DNA of 64,000 nucleotides from Candidatus Aenigmatarchaeota archaeon. Lineage in GTDB: Archaea > Aenigmatarchaeota > Aenigmatarchaeia > QMZP01 > QMZT01. The notes below the pieces were generated by a model. That model did not search any database. It was given only the letters and a program-made list of their open reading frames with translations, and had not been told where the DNA came from. Within the stretch, counting starts at the first letter, position 1. Each line of letters starts with the position of its first letter. The position numbers were made by a program, and so were the translations under genes. The DNA lies in contig JBGPQP010000002.1 of NCBI GenBank assembly GCA_041489155.1, positions 1 to 64,000 on the forward strand, written 5' to 3'. This document shows, one piece after another, positions 47,883 through 57,360 of this stretch.

Positions 47883-49342
47883 TTTGCTTCACCCTTCAAA
47901 AGGCTGATTATAGCGTCTTCTTCCTCTTTCGAAATGCCCGGCGTTATTTCAGTGAGCAGCGCCAAGTGCTTCCTTAAACCGATGGAGCTTCCTTCTGGCG
48001 TTTCAGCCGGGCATAGCCTTCCCCACTCGGTCGGATGTATCTGCCTTGCCTTGAAATGCTCCTGCGTCGGCGTAAGCGGCGAGAGGACCGAGCGCAGGTG
48101 CGAAACCGTCTTTATGTAGGAGCTCCTGTCCAGCCGCTGTGACACGCCCGTTCGCCCGCCAATCCAGGTCCCTGTCGCCAGCGACGAAAGAATCTGTTTC
48201 GTCACCGTGTTCGCCTCGATTATCGATTGCACGGACGGGAACTTGCCGCGCTTTACGAGTTTCTGGTAGTTGTACGTCATCTTCGCTATCAGGCCCCATC
48301 TTCCAAGGAGAATCGATCTGAAAAGCTGCTCGAAAAGCTCGCCTGACATGAGCAGGCGCTTGTTCGAATAATGGTCTATGTCGTCTTCCGGCGAGATGTC
48401 GAGTTTTACGGAAATGCATTTCCTTATGATCCTCGCCAGGTACTTGCTCTTCCTCAGCCTGTCGCCGACCTCTTGGCCCAGATGCGGCAGGAGGTAGCGG
48501 TCAAGTATCTGGTTAACCCGCTCTTCTATGTAATCCTTTGTGACCTTCAGCTTCTTGCCTATGAAATCGACCGCTTCCTCGGTCGTGATGACGTCGGTTT
48601 CGTAAAGGTTCGTATAAAATTCATTCAGTATCCTGTCGTCTCTCGAGACCAGGTCGCACAGCTCCTTGTCGTTCTCAAGGCTCAGCGCTTTCAGCAGAAC
48701 AACAATGGGGAGTTTCTTGATATTGGCAAAAGAAATCGTTATTTCACCGTCGGGTTTCATCTCGACGAGGTGCCTCTGCTTGAAGCCCGAGCGCTCGGAG
48801 TTTATCCTCACCGAGACGCCGTCTTCCTCAGTCTTTTCGAAAATCGGCTTGTTTGATGAGATTTCCTCTATAAGAACAAGTACTCTTTCGGTCCCGTTGA
48901 CAACAAAGTATCCGCCCGGATCAGTTGGGTCCTCGCCGGCCGCGATGAGCTCCTCGTCGCTTATGCCGTTGAGGTTGCATATCTTTGATTTTACCATGAC
49001 AGGCAAATCGCCGACGTGGACATTCTCCGATTTCTCCTGCACGCCGTTGAATATGGGTGTTATCTTGACGAATATGGGAGCCATGTAGTTGAGGTTGCGT
49101 ACTCTCGCCTCGTTGGGGAAAATCGCGCGGCTCGAGCCGTCGGCTTCGTGCACGACCGGCTTGCCGAGCGTGACCTCGCCGAACTTGATTTTGAGGTCTT
49201 CCTTGTCCTGCGCGACTCGTATCGTCCCGACCTCGTTGATTATCTTCTGCAGGCCGAAGTCGATGAAGTTGTTGAAGGACTCTATCTGATACTTGACCCA
49301 CTCCCTCTCCTTCCCGAAACCGCCAACGATAGCTACAATCAT
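47879..49342 (-). CDS. rpoB2: RNA polymerase subunit B'' (Rpo2N)
   Basis: PNEARVRNLNY, DPGGYFVVNGTE, DHYSNKRL, CPAETPEG. Confidence 0.96.
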   Translation of the reverse strand: MIVAIVGGFGKEREWVKYQIESFNNFIDFGLQKIINEVGTIRVAQDKEDLKIKFGEVTLGKPVVHEADGSSRAIFPNEARVRNLNYMAPIFVKITPIFNGVQEKSENVHVGDLPVMVKSKICNLNGISDEELIAAGEDPTDPGGYFVVNGTERVLVLIEEISSNKPIFEKTEEDGVSVRINSERSGFKQRHLVEMKPDGEITISFANIKKLPIVVLLKALSLENDKELCDLVSRDDRILNEFYTNLYETDVITTEEAVDFIGKKLKVTKDYIEERVNQILDRYLLPHLGQEVGDRLRKSKYLARIIRKCISVKLDISPEDDIDHYSNKRLLMSGELFEQLFRSILLGRWGLIAKMTYNYQKLVKRGKFPSVQSIIEANTVTKQILSSLATGTWIGGRTGVSQRLDRSSYIKTVSHLRSVLSPLTPTQEHFKARQIHPTEWGRLCPAETPEGSSIGLRKHLALLTEITPGISKEEEDAIISLLKGEAK

Positions 49343-49358
49343 GTTTCAACGCATCCGT

Positions 49359-49592
49359 TTAAACAACGATTCTGTAATACACGTATTCTCCGGCAACTTC
49401 CGACATCCGCTTTATCTCGAGAAGATCGCCCTTCTTCGCGCCTATTTTCTCAATAATCGGGTCCAGACCAAGAATCTTAGGCAGCTTGTCGGGTGTGGTC
49501 CTGAATTTCTCAAGGATTGTCTTTTTTTCCTCTTCAGAAAGAACTCTGAATTTTGGCACTAGCACATGATCCAAAATGTTAAATGTGACCAC
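49359..49592 (-). CDS. rpoH: RNA polymerase subunit H (Rpo5)
   Basis: HVLVPK, LPKI..DP, YYRIVV. Confidence 0.96.
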   Translation of the reverse strand: MVTFNILDHVLVPKFRVLSEEEKKTILEKFRTTPDKLPKILGLDPIIEKIGAKKGDLLEIKRMSEVAGEYVYYRIVV

Positions 49593-49751
49593 CCTTTAAC
49601 TCTCGAGGCTCAGCAGCCGGGACCGGAGTTAACAGATATACTGTACAGTACGTTGGTTATTAAGTTAATTAAATGGCACAAGCATTTAAATACTTTTCGG
49701 ATTTATGATTTCTGGGCTTTGCACACGCTTTCAATGACAAAAAAGATGAAA

Positions 49752-49921
49752 TGGGCCCGGCGGGAATCGAACCCGCGACCCCCAGATATCTTTCCGCACC
49801 GTATTCTGTCATCAACAAAAACGCAGACCTACACAGGTGAAACCTGTGTCATGCGCTTGTTTCAGCATACTTTTATCCAACAGATAAAAGTCTGGTGCTC
49901 TACCGATTGAGCTACGAGCCC
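49752..49921 (-). tRNA. tRNA-Lys(TTT) with 97-nt intron at 37/38 (49788-49884)
   Basis: Acceptor GGGCTCG/CGGGCCC, anticodon stem CCAGA/TCTGG, BHB helix CTTT/AAAG. Confidence 0.92.
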
Positions 49922-49962
49922 ACGAAGCGAAAGGCACAGGCTTCGCCTATATGCCAATCACA

Positions 49963-50035
49963 CGCCCTGGCCGGGATTTGAACCCGGGTCCTCGGAGTGA
50001 CAGTCCGAGATGATAGACCACTACACTACCAGGGC
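49963..50035 (-). tRNA. tRNA-Asp(GTC)
   Basis: GCCCTGG/CCAGGGC acceptor, CT-GTC-AC loop, TTCAAAT T-loop. Confidence 0.95.
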
Positions 50036-50153
50036 ACCGTATTTAGCTTGTGCTTGTTTGCCAGTGTTATATGTATTATTTCTAATCGAGTCCGATATTT
50101 ATAAGTTTAACAAACACAGAAAGCCAAAAAGCAAAAAGGATAAAATTAACAGT

Positions 50154-50268
50154 AGTGAGCAGCTATCTGGATTTCCCCCTTTTCAGGAGTACTTTCCAGA
50201 CCGCCGGGGAGTTTAACTTCCGTGTTCGAAATGGGAACGGGTGAACCTCCCCACTTTGGCCGCTCGTA
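50154..50268 (-). rRNA. rrf: 5S rRNA (stand-alone; ends approximate)
   Basis: GAGCGGCCAAAG...CCCGTTCCCATTTCGAACACGGAAGTTAA...AGTA...GCTGCTC; terminal helix GAGCGGC/GCTGCTC. Confidence 0.9.
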
Positions 50269-50377
50269 ATTTTATTGCTTGTCACTCTTTATAAGCTTTG
50301 CGCCTTTCGCTGGATATTCCCAGTATATTCTCCTGTGTGTCGTTGCTTTCTAGACCGGAGAAAAAGTTTGGTCCGGC

Positions 50378-50467
50378 CTAGACCTTGAGCATGATTATGA
50401 GGACAATGGCCAAGGCTATGCCAGCCATGTACAGCCTTCTCTCAAGCCTTGCCATGTTTATGCTCAT
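50378..50467 (-). CDS. Candidate 29-aa single-TM microprotein
   Basis: MSINMARLERRLYMAGIALAIVLIIMLKV* in otherwise empty spacer; host-like codons. Confidence 0.4.
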   Translation of the reverse strand: MSINMARLERRLYMAGIALAIVLIIMLKV

Positions 50468-50572
50468 GAAATCACGAAGTTGAAGTATATTATGAAGGTT
50501 AACCTTTTTATACATGACCCCTTTGTCTCGTTCGCTTTTTAGGTTTTGTATTATGAGAGGAAGAAAAAGAAA

Positions 50573-50776
50573 TCCCCCGGGTGAGATTTGTTCCGCAGCT
50601 TATCTTTTGCTCCACAGCTTTTGCGCAAGCGGGAGCTGCCGGAAAAGCTGAGCTTGAACTCACAGCCTATCGGTTTCTGAGCGACTGCGAACGACCAACG
50701 CACTCGTTAAACCGAGTTTTCAGTCACCGCGCGAAAGTCTACAGCCGATCGCTCTACCAGGTTGAGCTACCGAGGG
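50573..50776 (-). tRNA. tRNA-Tyr(GTA) with two introns (37/38: 50675-50738; T-loop about 58/59: 50588-50653)
   Basis: Acceptor CCCTCGG/CCGGGGG, ATCGG-CT-GTA-G/A-CCGAT; T arm GTGAG..CTCAC split by an insert with GTTC/GAAC BHB helix. Confidence 0.88.
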
Positions 50777-50854
50777 ATTCGATAACTACGCGGATTGCGC
50801 GTAATACTATATAAACTGAAGCAGAATTTAAATTTAACAATTGCTCTTTTGCCG

Positions 50855-52198
50855 CTACTCAAGAACTACTTCCCTGGAGAAAACCCTGATTTTCGTTTCC
50901 TCGTCCGTCCTGTAGCTCAGGGTCGCCCTAGGCATTTTGAGCTGCGCCTCAATAAGGGGTTGTATCCTGTAGGAAAGGTATATCTCGCTCCTTGGCCTTA
51001 AATCGCCCAAGCTCCATATCAGTTCTGTCCCGGTCTCGCTCTCTCTCACGACAGGCTTCGGGCCGCCGAATTCAGGTATAACTCTGCCCAGCGGGGAAAC
51101 CCAGTCCTTGACTATGACGCCTTTTATGCCGCTTGCCACAGGGCCCTTTATCTGCAGGACGATGGTGTGCTCGTTCCTCTTCCTGACGTGCCTTTTCTTT
51201 ATGTTCGGCGTCCTGACCTTGACAACTCCCATGCCCAGCAGCGCGACCAGGCAGAAAACCATGATGAAAGCGCCTACAAGCATCGGAAGCCTGTTTATGT
51301 TGTATCTTACCGTTACGCTCTTGCCGACCGCGAGGCCTTCAAGCTTCCAGTTGTAATTAACGTTACTGCCCTCAACATACGCGTTGGTGGGGTTGTTGCC
51401 AAAATCGACATACTGATTCGTCTGCACGGTGTCCTTTACATTGTAGTCCTCGATTGTGTTGCCCTCATTCGTTACGGTTATGACGACCTCTTGGCCGAAG
51501 GGCGTTGAGACTGTCTCCCTCTTCGTCAAGACGTTGTGTACGGGTTGTATGTAAAAGCTCGTCTCGCTTTTGACATCGAACTGGGGTATGACCGTTCTGA
51601 CATAATAATTGCCGGCAAGCAGATCGCCGACTGGAACAGTTTTCTTTATTTCTTTTGTTCCCTCTATCACTTCCGTCATCTCCGAGTACTGTACCCTGTT
51701 TTCATTGCTGTCCAAGATCTCAAGCGGTATGGTTATTGTCCTTTTCTCCTTGGCCGTGATTTTCATGCTTATCTGGAGATCGCTGCCCACCTTCTGGCTG
51801 GTAAACTCGACAATTTTCAGCTCTTTCTCAGGAGCGACTTTAAGCGTTATGATTTTCGAAGCCCTTTCATTTTCGTTGTTTCTCGAATAAACGAGGACCT
51901 CGAAGTCGTAGGAGTTTTCAAGGCTGGGGTAAAAGTAAACCTTGACGTTGCGTGTTTCGGAGGGCTGTACCGTCACGTAATAACTCTCGAGATTCAGCCA
52001 CTCCAGATGCGGACCCAGAACGGTGATGACATATCCGTCAGTGTAGTAATTGTCGTTGCTTACATGTATCGTGTACCAAGCCTGCTCGTTGACCGAAGTT
52101 TCGCCAACGGAAGGCGATACGTCAAGCGTCACTGCTTGGGCGGAATTCAAGAAAAACAAGAGTGATATAAAGGAGGCTAAAAATAATATTTTCTTCAT
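50855..52198 (-). CDS. Secreted Ig-like membrane-anchored hypothetical protein with cytoplasmic beta domain
   Basis: Signal peptide, beta-sandwich repeats, internal TM helix. Confidence 0.75.
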   Translation of the reverse strand: MKKILFLASFISLLFFLNSAQAVTLDVSPSVGETSVNEQAWYTIHVSNDNYYTDGYVITVLGPHLEWLNLESYYVTVQPSETRNVKVYFYPSLENSYDFEVLVYSRNNENERASKIITLKVAPEKELKIVEFTSQKVGSDLQISMKITAKEKRTITIPLEILDSNENRVQYSEMTEVIEGTKEIKKTVPVGDLLAGNYYVRTVIPQFDVKSETSFYIQPVHNVLTKRETVSTPFGQEVVITVTNEGNTIEDYNVKDTVQTNQYVDFGNNPTNAYVEGSNVNYNWKLEGLAVGKSVTVRYNINRLPMLVGAFIMVFCLVALLGMGVVKVRTPNIKKRHVRKRNEHTIVLQIKGPVASGIKGVIVKDWVSPLGRVIPEFGGPKPVVRESETGTELIWSLGDLRPRSEIYLSYRIQPLIEAQLKMPRATLSYRTDEETKIRVFSREVVLE

Positions 52199-52346
52199 GT
52201 GTATTTTATCGCGCGCAGCTTTAAATTATTTTACTGTATACTGTTTTACCTATAACTATCTATAATTTTGCACCAGCCGCAAAAAAGCTCACCCGGGAAG
52301 ACAAAATACAGGGAAAATTTTTAAAAGCAGGCTTACAATTAAGATT

Positions 52347-53030
52347 ATGAAACCTGCGAAACCCGTATTGCTGATTAACCTTAAGACCTACGAAGAAGGT
52401 ACAGGCAAGAACGCGCTGTCACTCGCGCGAACAGCCGCCTCGCTGGCCAACGAAGATGTGGAAATAATACTGGCAGCGCAGCCGATGGACATACGCGCTG
52501 TCACGGAAAGCGTGAGCATCCCCGTCTTCGCGCAGCACATCGACCCCGTGACCTACGGCTCGCGCACGGGCTGGATATTGCCCGAAGCGGTCAAGGCGGC
52601 AGGGGCGAAGGGCACGCTGCTCAACCATTCTGAAAGGCGCATCGACATTGAGACTATAAAAAAATCCCTCGCGCGTTGCAGGGAGGCCGGGCTAACGACG
52701 GTGGTGTGCGCCGAAACGCCGGAGAAGGCAAAGGAAATCGCTGCACTGCATCCTGATTATATTGCGATAGAGCCTCCGGAACTCATCGGAGGCGACATCT
52801 CGGTCTCAAAGGCGAGGCCGGAAGTAATAACAGAATCCGTCGAGAAAGTCAATTCCGTCGCCCGCATTCCCGTGCTGTGCGGAGCCGGCGTAAAAGACGC
52901 GGAAGACGTGAGGAAAGCGATCGAGCTTGGCGCAAAAGGCATACTGGTCGCTTCCGGTGTGATAAAAACGAAAAACCAGAAGGAAGCGATAATCGATCTT
53001 CTGAAGGGCTTCGGAAGGAGCAGGGAGTGA
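52347..53030 (+). CDS. tpiA: Triosephosphate isomerase (archaeal type)
   Basis: INLKTY, LLNHSE, IEPPELIG, LCGAGV, LVASG. Confidence 0.96.
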   Translation: MKPAKPVLLINLKTYEEGTGKNALSLARTAASLANEDVEIILAAQPMDIRAVTESVSIPVFAQHIDPVTYGSRTGWILPEAVKAAGAKGTLLNHSERRIDIETIKKSLARCREAGLTTVVCAETPEKAKEIAALHPDYIAIEPPELIGGDISVSKARPEVITESVEKVNSVARIPVLCGAGVKDAEDVRKAIELGAKGILVASGVIKTKNQKEAIIDLLKGFGRSRE

Positions 53031-53034
53031 AAAA

Positions 53035-53538
53035 ATGTACGAGCACTACATCTTCTCTCCGTGCAGGATGAACTGGATAAAAGGCAGCAAGAAAAAAAAC
53101 AAAAACGCTGGCTGCGTCTTCTGCAAAATCGCGAAAGGCAACAAACAAATACCGCAGAAGGTCCTGTACAAATCGCGGACTTTGATGGTACTCATGAACG
53201 TCTTTCCTTACAACACCGGCCACCTGCAGGTGATGCCTGCAAGGCACGCAGAGAAGCTTGAAGACCTGAGCGACGATGAAATCTCTTCGCTTTTTATAAT
53301 GGTCAAGAAATGTGTCAGGCTCCTGAAAAAGATCGTCAAGCCCGACGGCTTCAACATCGGCATCAACTTGGGAGGCGATGCCGGCGGCGCGAGCGTACAT
53401 CATCTGCACATTCACATTGTCCCGCGCTTCCGCAGGGATCTGGGCTTCATGGAATCAATTGCCGACACGAAGGTTCTCCCATCTACGCTTGACCAGACCT
53501 ACAAAGAACTGAAAAAAGCAGTAAAGATGCTGGAATGA
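53035..53538 (+). CDS. HIT-family hydrolase
   Basis: CVFC, FPYNTGH, HLHIHIVPR. Confidence 0.93.
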   Translation: MYEHYIFSPCRMNWIKGSKKKNKNAGCVFCKIAKGNKQIPQKVLYKSRTLMVLMNVFPYNTGHLQVMPARHAEKLEDLSDDEISSLFIMVKKCVRLLKKIVKPDGFNIGINLGGDAGGASVHHLHIHIVPRFRRDLGFMESIADTKVLPSTLDQTYKELKKAVKMLE

Positions 53539-53560
53539 GCAGGCTATTTCTTTTTGCTTC

Positions 53561-54670
53561 TTACTTGTTTTCCCCGCGGACTATGAATTTATTGTCAAGT
53601 TCCTTCATGATCTCGACTATGCCGCCGTATTCCAGCTCGCTGTAGGGCAGCATCGCCGGGCCGGAGAAGCCCTGGCGCCTAATCTCGTGCGCCTTCCTGG
53701 CGACTCTTCTCCTGACATAGTCCCAGTATGGGTGGTCAAAAGCGTCAGCCGCTTCCGTCAGCTTGCCGTCGTGTATGCAGAAGGCAGCGCAGCTCACGAT
53801 AGGCGGGCCGTCGAAGAAGGATATCGACGAGTTGAGCTTCACGGGCATCAGAGGTCCGATATGCGAGCCTCGCATGAAGCCAGCTACATAATGGCCTATA
53901 GTGAATGGCGAAAGCACCTCGCCTGTCGCCGGGAAATCTTTCTGCACGCGCACCAGCATTATCGGATCGTCCTTGCCTGTGTATTTGCCCGCGATGTTGT
54001 GCAGCCTCGTTGTGCTGACTGATACTGCAATGTCTTTGGTGTTTCTGGATTGTATCGATTCGACCACGAACCTGTTGTTGTCGCGCAAAAGCGCGGCGAT
54101 CTTGTACGCGTCTTCCGGCGTGTTGAGCTCTATTACCCTGTCGCCTTTCGTGTGCTCGACGTCCATGATGGTGAAGCGGAAGCCTTTTCCCATGCCGCTG
54201 CTGAGCAGCAGGCCCGCGCAGTGCATAGGGTCGGAGAAGGCGAGATACAACGGAAGATTGTACGCGCCGGGCTCGGTCTTGTCGGCAGCGAAGAAAAGGA
54301 ACGGTTCGTTGGGGCGCTCCTCAAACTCCATTTCAGCGACGGCCGGACCCATGCCCTTCACGTTGCCTGAAAACGAGTCCTTCAGCAGGTCCTGACCGGC
54401 GCCGTAAAGACCCTGGTTCTTCGCAACCAGCGTGCCTGCCTTGAACGCTTCCCACGCCAGCTTGTGTATCTTCTCGTTGCCCTTCCCGAGCGTGTGCGTC
54501 ATCAGAATCGCGATGTCGTCGCCCGTGTAGCTGATGTAATAATCCTTGAGCAGGCCCTTGCCGTATTCCCTTATATAATCGAGAACCGTCTCCATGAGCA
54601 GCCTGCTCGGCTTTATGTGGCCGCCTATGCTGCCCACATCGGCTTTTATGGCAGAAACAGTGATCTTCAT
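53561..54670 (-). CDS. fbp: Bifunctional fructose-1,6-bisphosphate aldolase/phosphatase
   Basis: IKADVGSIGGH, GLYGAGQDLL, DKTEPGA, GKDDP, MRGSH.GPLMPV, ELEY. Confidence 0.96.
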   Translation of the reverse strand: MKITVSAIKADVGSIGGHIKPSRLLMETVLDYIREYGKGLLKDYYISYTGDDIAILMTHTLGKGNEKIHKLAWEAFKAGTLVAKNQGLYGAGQDLLKDSFSGNVKGMGPAVAEMEFEERPNEPFLFFAADKTEPGAYNLPLYLAFSDPMHCAGLLLSSGMGKGFRFTIMDVEHTKGDRVIELNTPEDAYKIAALLRDNNRFVVESIQSRNTKDIAVSVSTTRLHNIAGKYTGKDDPIMLVRVQKDFPATGEVLSPFTIGHYVAGFMRGSHIGPLMPVKLNSSISFFDGPPIVSCAAFCIHDGKLTEAADAFDHPYWDYVRRRVARKAHEIRRQGFSGPAMLPYSELEYGGIVEIMKELDNKFIVRGENK

Positions 54671-54791
54671 AACCAACACCTCCGCTCGCTTCTGAACGCA
54701 TGCGTCAGAGCCTGTTAGTTAAATCTGCGCAGTACGCAATAAAAAGTTTTCGGGAAGCTGGAAAACAGTCTTCCGCTGCTTTTAGAAGCCG

Positions 54792-55028
54792 CTAGTCCTC
54801 TGTGTCGGTTTTCGAGGCAGTGAAGCTGGCGTAGCCGCATTTGCCGCAATACAAGCGATTTTTCTGCTTGGAAAGCCATACGCCACCTCCGCATCTGGGG
54901 CAGAAGTTGTTCTTTCTCGCGACGGTTTCGCCCTTGATTTCGTATTTCTTCCATATCTTCACTGATTCGTGCTTTCTTCCCTTTCTTACGCGCTTGCCTT
55001 TTTTCCTTGTTTTCTTTTCCTTCGCCAT
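54792..55028 (-). CDS. rps27ae: 30S ribosomal protein S27ae
   Basis: CPRCG...RLYCGKCGY. Confidence 0.93.
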   Translation of the reverse strand: MAKEKKTRKKGKRVRKGRKHESVKIWKKYEIKGETVARKNNFCPRCGGGVWLSKQKNRLYCGKCGYASFTASKTDTED

Positions 55029-55067
55029 TTGTTCACCTTATAATCATCTTAATTAATTGAGCCGGCT

Positions 55068-55352
55068 TCATGTGAGCTCGAATTTCTTGACCCTGAAGCC
55101 TTTCTTCGTATGCATCTTGCCGCACTGTTTGCATATCAGGCGCAGGTCAACCTTCTTGGTCGGCTTGCCCTCGCCGCTCGGCTTTGGCCTGGGGAAAGAT
55201 CCGTAGCCCTCCATCTTCCGCTTGAACCTTCTCTGCGACTGGGACAAGGGATGAGCTGACGAACGGCCTTTTCTCTTCGCCACCTTCACCGTATGCTCCG
55301 TGTGCTTCCTGCACGTCGGGCAGTAGGTGTTGATCATCTTCGGGAATTTCAT
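55068..55352 (-). CDS. rpl44e: 50S ribosomal protein L44e
   Basis: [28 protein letters not shown]. Confidence 0.95.
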   Translation of the reverse strand: MKFPKMINTYCPTCRKHTEHTVKVAKRKGRSSAHPLSQSQRRFKRKMEGYGSFPRPKPSGEGKPTKKVDLRLICKQCGKMHTKKGFRVKKFELT

Positions 55353-55492
55353 GTCCGCACCTGTTTCGTTTTTCGCTTAAGCCTTTTCCTAAAGGCTTAT
55401 AACAAGTTTATTACGTCAAACAATTTATAAGCTTTTTAAGCAAACGCAACAGCACAATATGGGTTTAAATTTTTTATAATTAACTACTAACT

Positions 55493-55921
55493 ATGCTTTC
55501 ATTGCACTGGTTCAGGCACTGGGACAAGATATTCTGGACATTTTTCGCACTCATTGGTTTGACTGTTGCGATAGGCGGTTTCGCAGGCCTGATGCCGGCC
55601 GAGTTCCTGATGCTTCTAGGGGCTTTCATAATCATAATAGGCGCCGGCAAGCTCGCCGAAGAGATAACGAAGCGCAAGCTCATGGGCTACCAGGACGACA
55701 TCTACAGGAAGATGCACCAGATCTCACAGCATCTCGAAAAAACGTTCGACATCGCCAGCATGAACAAGGACAAGACAGAGTTCCGAATTCAAAAGCTCGA
55801 CCAGAAAAGGGGCGAGATGGAGAAGCAGATGAACAAGAACTACCGCGAGCTTGCCAGGAAGATAATAGAGCTTGAGAACAGGATGAACAAGCTGACCAAA
55901 GCGATGGAGAAGAGAAAATAA
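55493..55921 (+). CDS. Two-TM coiled-coil hypothetical protein
   Basis: Two hydrophobic helices then heptad-rich tail. Confidence 0.75.
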   Translation: MLSLHWFRHWDKIFWTFFALIGLTVAIGGFAGLMPAEFLMLLGAFIIIIGAGKLAEEITKRKLMGYQDDIYRKMHQISQHLEKTFDIASMNKDKTEFRIQKLDQKRGEMEKQMNKNYRELARKIIELENRMNKLTKAMEKRK

Positions 55922-55941
55922 TCTTATTATTCAATTTTAAT

Positions 55942-57243
55942 TCATTTCTCCCCGCCGATGAGCGATTTTTCCTTTATTATTATCGGCGAGCCGCCTGCGT
56001 GCCACGAGAAGCGCGGCCTGACCTGGATCTGGTAGATGCGCTCGGAGTTGTCGTCCAGCAGGATGGCAGAGCCTTTTGTTTTGGGAAGGTCGTTGAGGTA
56101 GTCTTGTATATCCTCAAGCATGTAGGTCTGCATTATCGAGCGCAGCGCCTCGATGTCCGCTTTCGAGGTCAGGCGGTGGGAGATTATGATGTCAGCCTGG
56201 GACAGCGCGTCTTCGTGGAGCTTGTTGGGCCGCTGCGTTATCAGCAGGACCGAGATGCCCGGCTCCCTGCCCTCCTTGATGAGCGTGAGCAGCGGGCCTG
56301 TCGCCGCTGTCGTCTCGCCGTTGGGGACGAACTGGTGCGCCTCGTCCATCATCACCCAGACCATGGGCAGCGTCTTTTTGATCTGCCCCGTTATCTGGCC
56401 GTACTCTTCGGCCTTTCTGGACATCAGGCGCTGTTCGAAAATTTTCCTGGAGATAAGGCCGACTACCATGGATCTTATCGACCACGACTCGGAAACGCGC
56501 ATGTAATGGGAGACGTCGAGGATCGATATGACTCCGGGCTTCAGGAAGTCGTCTATCCTCGTGCCCTGCTCCTCGAAAAGGCCCCAGCTCTCGGCTGCGA
56601 TGAACCTGTTCGCCAGGGCGTCTTTCACCTTCTTCTCAGTCGTCTTGTCCTTGTCTATCGCATCGATGATGTCCTGCAGCGAGAATTTGTCTCCAAACTT
56701 TTCGACGAGGTCCTCCATGATCTTTTCCAGCAGTATGCCGTGCTCGTCTATCATCGAGAAGCCGAACGTGACGGCCCAGTCCTCCGCTGTCAGCTCGCTG
56801 ACCGAGATGGTGAAAGGCGCGTCCACCGCTATGCCTGTCTCCTTGTACTCGGCCATGTAGCCCTTCGGCACGAAGAGCTTCACATTCATGCCTTCAGGCT
56901 TTATGTTCCATTCCTTCAGCATATCAATTTCCTTCTCGTTGGGCAGCTTCATGGACCAGTAGATGCCCATCGTGTCTATGAGGATGACAGCGAGATTCCT
57001 GCGCAGCTCGTCGGGCAGCTTGTATATCTCCTCGGCGATGACGCCTGCGGAATAGCTCTTACCCGTGCCGCGCTTGCCGCAGATCAGCACGATGTGCGGC
57101 CTTGTGATGTCCATGAGAATGGGATTCGTGAGATGAGACTCATCGCCCTTGCCGACTATGTGCCTGCCGATAAACGCCGTCCCCTTCTCGCCGAACTTTT
57201 TCAGGTCCTTCCAGTCCTTCCCTATGATTATCTTTTCGACCAT
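55942..57243 (-). CDS. HerA/FtsK-like ATPase (DUF87)
   Basis: GKRGTGKS, IDTMG, MMDEAHQF, EGREPG, TQRP. Confidence 0.9.
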   Translation of the reverse strand: MVEKIIIGKDWKDLKKFGEKGTAFIGRHIVGKGDESHLTNPILMDITRPHIVLICGKRGTGKSYSAGVIAEEIYKLPDELRRNLAVILIDTMGIYWSMKLPNEKEIDMLKEWNIKPEGMNVKLFVPKGYMAEYKETGIAVDAPFTISVSELTAEDWAVTFGFSMIDEHGILLEKIMEDLVEKFGDKFSLQDIIDAIDKDKTTEKKVKDALANRFIAAESWGLFEEQGTRIDDFLKPGVISILDVSHYMRVSESWSIRSMVVGLISRKIFEQRLMSRKAEEYGQITGQIKKTLPMVWVMMDEAHQFVPNGETTAATGPLLTLIKEGREPGISVLLITQRPNKLHEDALSQADIIISHRLTSKADIEALRSIMQTYMLEDIQDYLNDLPKTKGSAILLDDNSERIYQIQVRPRFSWHAGGSPIIIKEKSLIGGEK

Positions 57244-57360
57244 ATTATAGATTTGGCCAGCCTGTATAAAAAAGATGAAACAAAAAACAGAAAAACATAT
57301 TGATGCGAAGCAGAGCTAAAAATAAAAAAAGCAAAAAAGAGATGAAAAAAGAAAGTCTCT

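Noticed and set aside
46080..49342. Frameshift or pseudogene in rpoB
   Set aside because: The B''/B' split with ATGA overlap is a known archaeal arrangement and the motifs are intact.
49566..50814. ORFs 49566..49910, 50010..50216 and 50581..50814
   Set aside because: They are antisense to tRNA-Lys, tRNA-Asp/5S rRNA and tRNA-Tyr.
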